Origin: Lachnospiraceae bacterium
GTDB lineage: Bacteria > Bacillota > Clostridia > Lachnospirales > Lachnospiraceae
Length of the DNA: 33,970 bases
Reading direction: 5' to 3'
NCBI GenBank assembly: GCA_017964745.1
Contig: JAGCRJ010000013.1
Coordinates: 1 to 33,970 of the forward strand
Both the position numbers and the translations under genes were made by a program. Below, piece after piece: positions 27,489-33,970 of this stretch. The notes under the pieces are model-generated. The model was given only the letters and a program-made list of their open reading frames with translations. It was not told the DNA's origin and made no database searches. Numbering within the stretch: position 1 is the first letter of the stretch; each line of letters starts with the position of its first letter.

Positions 27489-28853
27489 ATGCTTGAAAAA
27501 TTTTTTAAACTGAAGGAGAACGGCACCGACGTAAAGACAGAGATCATTGCCGGTGTTACAACCTTCATGGCCATGGCTTACATCCTGGCTGTCAATCCCG
27601 ATATTCTTTCCGCTTCGGGAATGCCCAAAGATGCTATTCTCATAGCAACAGCTCTCGCCGCATTCATCGGAACCATGTGCATGGGTCTGATGGCAAATTA
27701 TCCCTTTGCACTTGCTCCCGGCCTCGGACTTAATGCTTACTTTGCATATACGGTCTGTCTCGGAATGGGATATTCATGGCAGTTTGCTCTCTTTGCAGTA
27801 TTTATTGAAGGTCTTATATTCATAGTTCTTTCGGTAACTCCCGTAAGAGAAGCTATCTTCAATGCTATTCCTCTTCAGCTTAAGAAGGGTGTTTCCGTAG
27901 GTATCGGACTCTTCGTTGCATTCATCGGTCTTCAGAACGGTAAGATCGTAGTTGATGACGGTGCTACTCTTGTTACTCTTGTCAGCTTCAGAGACAACTT
28001 TAAGACCATCGGAATCTGGGCACTTCTTACCATTATCGGAATTCTGATCATTGCTATCCTTCATATCAAGAAGGTTAAGGGTGCCATCCTTATCGGTATC
28101 TTTGCTACCTGGATCCTCGGAATAATCTGTGAGCTTATCGGAATCTATGCTCCCGATGCTGAGGCAGGATTCTACTCTGCAATTCCTTCCAATTTTGCAT
28201 CGTTCTCATTTGCATCCATCGGAACCACCTTCGGTGCATGCTTCTCGGGAGCAGCATTTGAGAAATTCAGTGTTCTTAATTTCATAGTCATCATGTTCGC
28301 TTTCCTTTTCGTAGATGTTTTCGATACTCTCGGAACTCTCATCGGATGTGCGGATAAGGCTGACATGCTCGATAAGGATGGAAAGCTTCCCCGTATCCGC
28401 CCCGCGCTTCTTGCTGATGCTATCGCCACCAGCGCAGGCGCAGTTCTCGGAACTTCCACCACTACCACCTTCGTCGAGTCCTCGGCAGGTGTATCCGCAG
28501 GCGGACGTACCGGACTTTCATCCGTGGTTACAGGACTTCTTTTCCTTGTATCACTGATCCTTTCACCTCTTTTCATATCGATCCCCGGATTTGCAACCGC
28601 TCCCGCGCTTGTATTCGTCGGATTCCTTATGATCGGAGCTATTACGGGTATCGATCTCAAGGATCCCACAGAGGCTATTCCCGCATTCCTTTCATTCCTT
28701 GTTATGCCCCTTGTTTACAGCATTTCCGACGGTATCTGCATCGGCGTTATCTCTTATGTTGTAATCAATCTCTGCACCGGCAATTACAAGAAGATCAAGC
28801 CCCTTATGTACATCCTTGCATTACTCTTTATACTTAAGTATATTTTGCTCTGA
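27489..28853 (+). CDS. NCS2-family nucleobase permease (AzgA/PbuG-like)
   Basis: EIIAGVTTFMAMAYILAVNP, LAPGLGLNAYF, DVFDTLGTL, TFVESSAGV..GGRTGL; multi-TM; AAGGAG RBS. Confidence 0.93.
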   Translation: MLEKFFKLKENGTDVKTEIIAGVTTFMAMAYILAVNPDILSASGMPKDAILIATALAAFIGTMCMGLMANYPFALAPGLGLNAYFAYTVCLGMGYSWQFALFAVFIEGLIFIVLSVTPVREAIFNAIPLQLKKGVSVGIGLFVAFIGLQNGKIVVDDGATLVTLVSFRDNFKTIGIWALLTIIGILIIAILHIKKVKGAILIGIFATWILGIICELIGIYAPDAEAGFYSAIPSNFASFSFASIGTTFGACFSGAAFEKFSVLNFIVIMFAFLFVDVFDTLGTLIGCADKADMLDKDGKLPRIRPALLADAIATSAGAVLGTSTTTTFVESSAGVSAGGRTGLSSVVTGLLFLVSLILSPLFISIPGFATAPALVFVGFLMIGAITGIDLKDPTEAIPAFLSFLVMPLVYSISDGICIGVISYVVINLCTGNYKKIKPLMYILALLFILKYILL

Positions 28854-28863
28854 TAACAGCTTT

Positions 28864-28897
28864 TCCCTGCCGGATTTATTTCCGGCAGGGATTTTTT
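28864..28897 (+). terminator. Intrinsic terminator after the NCS2 permease
   Basis: Perfect 11-bp stem TCCCTGCCGGA-tttatt-TCCGGCAGGGA followed by TTTTTT. Confidence 0.9.
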
Positions 28898-28909
28898 GCA
28901 TTTTAAAAT

Positions 28910-30595
28910 ATGTACGGAATAGTTTTAGTTGCGATAATCTTAATACTGCTCGCTATAAGCGGATACCGTCTCTCCGAAGAAGAGAAGAGACGGACCGATC
29001 TGTTTATACGTGATTCTTTCGGCAAGGCTTCTTCAAGAAAGCTATCGCAGGGAAGAAAGGATGCTCTTCAAAGACTTCTGGATCTGTCTGCGGCAGCTTC
29101 GGCAGACGGGAACCGGATCGATGAACTTACCTGGTCGGATACCGGAATGGAAGACATATTTCTTCAGATGGACAATTGCCTTTCTGCGCCCGGTGAAGAA
29201 TATCTTTACAAAAAGCTTCATGATGCCGGCAGCTCAGACGGGGAGCTTGAGTTGACCGACAGCATTTCGTCCGAGCTTTACAAGGATGAGAAGCTGAGGG
29301 TAAGCCTCGGCCTTGCATTAAACAGACTTGGATTTGTTAAGGATAAGACACTTCCCGAATACCTTGAGCATATTATTTCTTCGGAAAGATTTCTTAATCC
29401 TTATTTCCATATAATTGCAGACATTTTCTATATTGGCGTAATAGCCGTTCTTTTCTTTAAGCCGCTTATCGGGGCCGTATTTCTTGTTGCACTTATCCTG
29501 GTTCAGATATCATCATACTTTTCACTCAGAAGAACCGCTGAGGAAAGACTGAGCGGTATTACCATGATCATGAGACTGAGCATTATGGATAAGAATCTTC
29601 CTTCTGATGCATCCGGCGAAACGGGAAGGCAGATCTCCGATCTTTTAAAGGATCTCAGAGCCATCAACACCAAGAAGTTTCTTTCGGGATTTGTGCTCAG
29701 TTCCGGTCCCGATTCGGGTAACGGACTTCTTTCTATGCTCCTTACTTATATCAATCTTTTATTTCATTTTGACCTTATAGCTAGTGCTTTTCTTCTGGAC
29801 GGGATCAAAAAGGATAAGGACAGGATACTGTCGGCCTATGAAAAAACAGGCTATCTTGATATGTGTCTCAGCATAGCATCTTACAGGGCATACCTTGAGA
29901 CAAAGGGTTCGTTTTGCAAGCCTGTATTTACCGCAGGGGCTTCAATCTGTATCAAAGAAGGATTCAATCCCCTTATAGAAAAGCCTGTTACAAATGATGC
30001 TTTTTCCGAAGGCGGAGTACTTATAACCGGATCAAATGCGAGCGGTAAATCCACTTATATGAGGATGATCGCAGTAAATGCCATCCTTGCCCAGACAGTT
30101 GCAACATGTCCCGCAAAGGAATACAGGGCATCACACTTCAGGATCTATTCTTCGATAGCGGTCAATGACAGTATTCTCAAGGGTGAAAGTTATTTCATGG
30201 CAGAGATAAAGAGCCTTAAGAGGATCGTTGATGCCGCTGGCTCCGAAGGCAGACCGGTAATATGCTTTATCGATGAGATCCTTCGCGGTACCAATACCTC
30301 CGAGAGAATAGCGGCAGCCTGTGCCGTGCTTAATTATCTGTCAGAGCTTGGTGTCATTACTTTTGCCGCGACTCATGATATCGAGCTTACGACTCTGGTA
30401 TCGGATAAGTATGAAAATGTGCATTTCAGCGAAAATATCACAGACGATGATGTGACGTTTAATTATGTTCTTGAAAAGGGACCCACAAAGAGCAGAAACG
30501 CGATCGCATTGCTTAAAAAGAACGGTTTTCCCGCTTCGGTCACAGGTGAGAGTGAGAAGCTCTGTGCCCGGCTCGATCAAAGAAGCGGTATCTGA
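28910..30595 (+). CDS. Membrane-anchored MutS domain V-like ATPase
   Basis: N-terminal TM plus internal TM pair; Walker A TGSNASGKST, GESYFMAEI, Walker B FIDEILRGTN, ATHD. No mismatch-recognition or Smr domain visible. Confidence 0.88.
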   Translation: MYGIVLVAIILILLAISGYRLSEEEKRRTDLFIRDSFGKASSRKLSQGRKDALQRLLDLSAAASADGNRIDELTWSDTGMEDIFLQMDNCLSAPGEEYLYKKLHDAGSSDGELELTDSISSELYKDEKLRVSLGLALNRLGFVKDKTLPEYLEHIISSERFLNPYFHIIADIFYIGVIAVLFFKPLIGAVFLVALILVQISSYFSLRRTAEERLSGITMIMRLSIMDKNLPSDASGETGRQISDLLKDLRAINTKKFLSGFVLSSGPDSGNGLLSMLLTYINLLFHFDLIASAFLLDGIKKDKDRILSAYEKTGYLDMCLSIASYRAYLETKGSFCKPVFTAGASICIKEGFNPLIEKPVTNDAFSEGGVLITGSNASGKSTYMRMIAVNAILAQTVATCPAKEYRASHFRIYSSIAVNDSILKGESYFMAEIKSLKRIVDAAGSEGRPVICFIDEILRGTNTSERIAAACAVLNYLSELGVITFAATHDIELTTLVSDKYENVHFSENITDDDVTFNYVLEKGPTKSRNAIALLKKNGFPASVTGESEKLCARLDQRSGI

Positions 30596-30635
30596 ATATT
30601 TTGGTTTACATAAATCCTCGAAATGCCGTTATTTC

Positions 30636-30664
30636 TTGCGAATTTGGCTCAATAAATGTATACT
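30636..30664 (+). promoter_or_regulatory. Putative sigma-A promoter upstream of the small membrane protein / WYL / nrdD genes
   Basis: TTGCGA (30636-30641), 17 bp spacer, TATACT (30659-30664). Confidence 0.6.
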
Positions 30665-30739
30665 AAATAATGTGTTTTGACGAAACTTACGGTTTTGTTT
30701 TCCACACAATATGCCCGCTTTTTTGAAGGAGGAATTGTT

Positions 30740-30931
30740 ATGGGTCAGGGAATAGTTTTTCTTAATTCGTTCCTGAGCTACCTGCTTCTCATGGTAATAA
30801 TCGTATGCGTTGCAGCACTCGGTTTTATCGTCGGAAGGATCCTGCGGAAGAGAAAAGACAGCAAAACAGGAAATGCCGAGAGCATAGAATCCGTTTCAGA
30901 GAGTTCACCGGGGTCATCCGACAATTCCTAA
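30740..30931 (+). CDS. Small single-pass membrane protein (63 aa), unknown function
   Basis: Strong RBS AAGGAGG before ATG 30740; hydrophobic helix, then RILRKRK and a Ser/Glu-rich tail. Confidence 0.75.
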   Translation: MGQGIVFLNSFLSYLLLMVIIVCVAALGFIVGRILRKRKDSKTGNAESIESVSESSPGSSDNS

Positions 30932-30941
30932 GGTGATTTTT

Positions 30942-30969
30942 TAAGGATACGTGTAAATCCGTATCCTTA
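30942..30969. repeat. Perfect 10-bp inverted repeat with 8-bp spacer (operator or terminator)
   Basis: TAAGGATACG-tgtaaatc-CGTATCCTTA, ending 24 bp before the WYL gene start and followed by TATTTTTT. Confidence 0.8.
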
Positions 30970-30993
30970 TATTTTTTATAGGGTCAGCGGGTT

Positions 30994-31962
30994 TTGAATA
31001 CATATAACAACAAGACCAGGATACTTCTCATTCTGGATATCCTTAAAAAGAATACCGATGAAGATCATGCACTTAAAGCCGCCGATATCATTGAGCGGAT
31101 CAAGTCCGAAGGATTAAAGTGTGACCGCAAGACTCTTTACGACGACATAGCCTCGCTTATCGATGCCGGTGTCGATATCATTCATGAGCCCGGGGGAGGA
31201 TACAAGCTTTTGTCCCGTGATTTTGAGGATGCGGAAGTCAGGCTTCTCATTGATGCCGTGTATTCTTCAAAATTTATTTCGACGCAAAAGACAAAGGTGC
31301 TGGCCGGGAAACTAAAATCACTTACAAGTGAGAGCCAGGCTTCATCAATCACAAGACAGATATATTCATCGGACTCCAAAACTCCCAATGAGGATGTTCT
31401 GTATAATGTCGATTCGCTTTCCCGTGCAATTCAGGATAACAGACAGGTAAGCTTTGAATACCTTGTATGGGGTGCGAACAAAAAGCTTGTCACCAAGGGT
31501 GAAAAACAAAGAATCCTCAGTCCTTGGGCGCTTATCTGGCAGGATCAGAATTATTATCTTATGGCTTACGACGAAGCGGCAGGCAAGATGAAGCATTTCC
31601 GCGTCGACAAGATGAGACAAGTATCCGTTACGGATCAGACCAGAGCGGGAAGAGAAGAGTTCGAAAGCATTGATATGTCCGAATATGTCGAGGAAACCTT
31701 CTCAATGTACGGAGGAAAGCAGGAGACGGTAACTCTTGATTTCCCCGAAGCACTTATCGGTATCGCTTATGACAGGTTCGGAGCGGATGTGACCCAGAGA
31801 CCGGGAGAAAAGGGACGTATCCTTGTAAGGACCAAATGCTATGTCAGCAATCAGTTCTACGGATGGCTGTCCGGCCTCGGCGGAGATGTAAAGCTTGTTT
31901 CTCCCGAGAGCACTGTTAAGTCTTATAAATCTTTTTTAAAGGATCTTATACAAATATATTGA
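30994..31962 (+). CDS. WYL-domain transcriptional regulator (wHTH-WYL-WCX)
   Basis: N-terminal HTH (CDRKTLYDDIASL), WYL core SPWALIWQDQNYYL...HFRVDKM, C-terminal DRFG...FYGWLSGLG..VKLVSP; TTG start. Confidence 0.9.
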   Translation: MNTYNNKTRILLILDILKKNTDEDHALKAADIIERIKSEGLKCDRKTLYDDIASLIDAGVDIIHEPGGGYKLLSRDFEDAEVRLLIDAVYSSKFISTQKTKVLAGKLKSLTSESQASSITRQIYSSDSKTPNEDVLYNVDSLSRAIQDNRQVSFEYLVWGANKKLVTKGEKQRILSPWALIWQDQNYYLMAYDEAAGKMKHFRVDKMRQVSVTDQTRAGREEFESIDMSEYVEETFSMYGGKQETVTLDFPEALIGIAYDRFGADVTQRPGEKGRILVRTKCYVSNQFYGWLSGLGGDVKLVSPESTVKSYKSFLKDLIQIY

Positions 31963-31979
31963 TTATTCCGGAGTGAAAA

Positions 31980-33970
31980 ATGTCAGCAGAAAGCATCGAT
32001 TACGGTAAGATCTATAAACCTTCGAACGAAGTTTACGTCATCAAGAAAGACGGATCGCGGGAAGCGTTCAACGTACAGAAGGTCATAAATGCTGTCAGTA
32101 AGAGTGCGTACAGGGCTCTTACCGAATTTTCCGATGAAGATAACAGAAAGATCTGTACTCTTATAATATCCAAGGTTGATGAACTCGGAGAAAACGAGAT
32201 ACCCATTCCCAGGATGCACAATATCGTCGAGGAGGTACTCGAACAGGTCAAGCCCATAGTTGCCAAGAGCTACCGTGATTACCGCAACTACAAGCAGGAC
32301 TTCGTACGCATGCTCGATGATGTTTACAAAAAGTCACAGTCGATCATGTACATCGGCGACAAGGAAAATTCCAACACCGATTCGGCCCTTGTTTCCACCA
32401 AGAGAAGTCTTATATTCAACCAGCTCAACAAAGAGCTGTATATGAAGTTCTTCCTTACCACGGAAGAGATCCAGGCATGCCGTGACGGATATATCTATAT
32501 TCACGATATGTCTTCAAGAAGAGATACGATGAACTGCTGTCTCTTTGACATCGCTTCCGTTCTCAAGGACGGATTCGAGATGGGCAATATCTGGTATAAC
32601 CAGCCTAAATCCCTTGATACCGCATTCGACGTAATGGGAGACATCGTTCTTTCGGCCGCAAGCCAGCAATACGGCGGTTTCACGATCCCTTCCGTTGAAT
32701 ATACCCTTGAGCCTTACGCCAAGCTCTCATACGAAAAGAAATACAAAAAGTACATTGATCTCGGCGTCGATGAAAAGAAGGCAGCAGATGCTGCTCTTGC
32801 CGATGTCGAAAGAGAATTTGAGCAGGGCTTCCAGGGATGGGAATATAAGTTCAACACCGTTGCATCAAGCCGTGGTGATTATCCCTTCATTACCGTGACC
32901 GCCGGAACAGGAACGTCCGATTTCCAGAAGATGGCAACCAGAGCACTTCTCAAGGTACATATGGAAGGACAGGGCAAGAAGGGCAGGAAGAAACCCGTAC
33001 TCTTCCCCAAGATCGTATTCCTTTACGATGAGAAGCTTCACGGAGAGGGAGGAGAGCTTGAGGATATCTTCGAACTTGCGATCAGATGCTCATCCAAGAC
33101 GATGTATCCCGATTATCTATCCCTTACCGGAGAAGGATATGTACCTTCTATCTACAAAAAGTACGGCAAGATCATCTCACCCATGGGCTGCAGGGCATTC
33201 CTTTCACCCTGGTTTGAAAGAGGCGGCATAGAGCCTGCGGATGAAAACGATACTCCCGTCTATGTGGGACGTTTCAACATCGGTGTCGTATCGCTTCACC
33301 TTCCGATGATCCTTGCGCGAAGCAGAAAAGAGAACAGGGATTTCTATGAGATCCTTGATTATTACCTTGAACTGATCAGAAACCTTCATTTAAGGACATA
33401 TTCCTATCTCGGTGAGATGAAGGCGTCGACCAATCCTCTAGCTTACTGCATGGGAGGCTTCAGGGGCGGACATCTTAATCTGTCGGATAAGATAAAGCCT
33501 CTGCTTGATTCCGCTACGGCTTCATTCGGCATAACGGCACTCAACGAGCTTCAGAGACTCTATAACGGTAAATCCCTTACCGAGGATGCGGAGTTTTCCC
33601 TCGAAGTCATGAAGCATATAAACGAGAAGATCGCACAGTTCAAGAAGGAAGACCACAGGCTCTATGCGATCTACGGAACGCCCGCCGAGAACTTATGCGG
33701 ACTTCAGGTTAAACAGTTCAGAAAGAAGTTCGGTATCATCGAAGGAGTATCTGACCGTGAATATGTTTCCAATTCCTTCCACTGCCACGTCACGGAGAAT
33801 ATAACTCCGATCGAAAAGCAGGACTATGAGAAGAGATTCTGGGATCTTTTCAACGGCGGTAAGATCCAGTATGTAAAATATCCTGTCGATTATAATCTCG
33901 ATGCCATCAAGACACTTGTCAGACGCGCTATGAAGATGGGCTTCTATGAAGGAGTAAACCTTTCGCTTTC
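31980..33970 (+). CDS. nrdD: Anaerobic (class III) ribonucleoside-triphosphate reductase, runs off the 3' end of the window
   Basis: Not in the ORF track because there is no stop in the window. Read manually from ATG 31980: ATP cone VIKKDGSREAFNVQKV, GYIYIHD, NCC, QQYGG, FPKI, SPMGCR, YGTPAENLC, YVSNSFH. GGAG RBS upstream. Confidence 0.96.
   Translation, partial: MSAESIDYGKIYKPSNEVYVIKKDGSREAFNVQKVINAVSKSAYRALTEFSDEDNRKICTLIISKVDELGENEIPIPRMHNIVEEVLEQVKPIVAKSYRDYRNYKQDFVRMLDDVYKKSQSIMYIGDKENSNTDSALVSTKRSLIFNQLNKELYMKFFLTTEEIQACRDGYIYIHDMSSRRDTMNCCLFDIASVLKDGFEMGNIWYNQPKSLDTAFDVMGDIVLSAASQQYGGFTIPSVEYTLEPYAKLSYEKKYKKYIDLGVDEKKAADAALADVEREFEQGFQGWEYKFNTVASSRGDYPFITVTAGTGTSDFQKMATRALLKVHMEGQGKKGRKKPVLFPKIVFLYDEKLHGEGGELEDIFELAIRCSSKTMYPDYLSLTGEGYVPSIYKKYGKIISPMGCRAFLSPWFERGGIEPADENDTPVYVGRFNIGVVSLHLPMILARSRKENRDFYEILDYYLELIRNLHLRTYSYLGEMKASTNPLAYCMGGFRGGHLNLSDKIKPLLDSATASFGITALNELQRLYNGKSLTEDAEFSLEVMKHINEKIAQFKKEDHRLYAIYGTPAENLCGLQVKQFRKKFGIIEGVSDREYVSNSFHCHVTENITPIEKQDYEKRFWDLFNGGKIQYVKYPVDYNLDAIKTLVRRAMKMGFYEGVNLSL

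Noticed and set aside
30677-30739. TTG start giving an 84-aa version of the small membrane protein
   Set aside because: No RBS and too close to the predicted TSS; the AAGGAGG RBS supports ATG 30740.
31949-31964. Possible NrdR box (TACAAATATATTGATT) before nrdD
   Set aside because: Matches the AATATATTG core but lacks the conserved C and flanks, has no tandem partner, and overlaps the WYL stop codon. A half match at ~30704 (ACACAATAT) is equally weak.
31983-33389. Several short ORFs listed in the track at the window end
   Set aside because: All overlap the long nrdD frame starting at 31980, which the track missed because it has no stop in the window.
30994-33970. WYL gene as marker of a defence island or CRISPR-Cas locus
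   Set aside because: No cas, restriction, toxin or BREX-like genes, no repeat array and no integrase in the window; neighbours are housekeeping genes.
31980-33970. Intein or intron in nrdD
   Set aside because: Conserved motifs follow each other at ordinary spacing in the visible part and no splicing or homing-endonuclease motifs were seen; the 3' end is outside the window.
1-33970. All genes on one strand as a sign of a prophage or island
   Set aside because: Content is core housekeeping; strong co-orientation is ordinary for Firmicute leading strands.

Overview
Core chromosomal segment of a Firmicute, most likely a Lachnospiraceae/Clostridia-type anaerobe (inferred from gene order and protein style). 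All ~29 supported genes lie on the + strand with very short or overlapping junctions. Order: rimM (5'-truncated), trmD (C-terminally extended), L19 leader + rplS, a signal peptidase I paralogue lacking the catalytic Lys, rbgA, intact lepB, rnhB, FliK-like protein, FlhB-C-like protein, yraN, OmpR-type regulator + membrane histidine kinase, prs, PDZ/radical SAM (DUF512), der, plsY, gpsA, a three-gene degenerate phosphorelay cluster, MoxR AAA+ / VWA pair, tyrS, a nucleoside salvage block (PNP, cdd, amidohydrolase, NCS2 permease), membrane MutS-V-like ATPase, small membrane protein, WYL regulator and nrdD (3'-truncated, absent from the ORF track). I found no rRNA, tRNA, CRISPR array or mobile element. 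The most unusual element is the 16.6-21.5 kb signalling cluster, in which no protein appears able to autophosphorylate: one pseudokinase has H->R and a dead ATPase, one 7TM protein keeps its His, receiver and Hpt but has lost the ATPase domain, and the third has two receivers and no output domain. Next come the WYL-palindrome-nrdD arrangement and the probably inactive signal peptidase. Novelty cannot be established without database searches.
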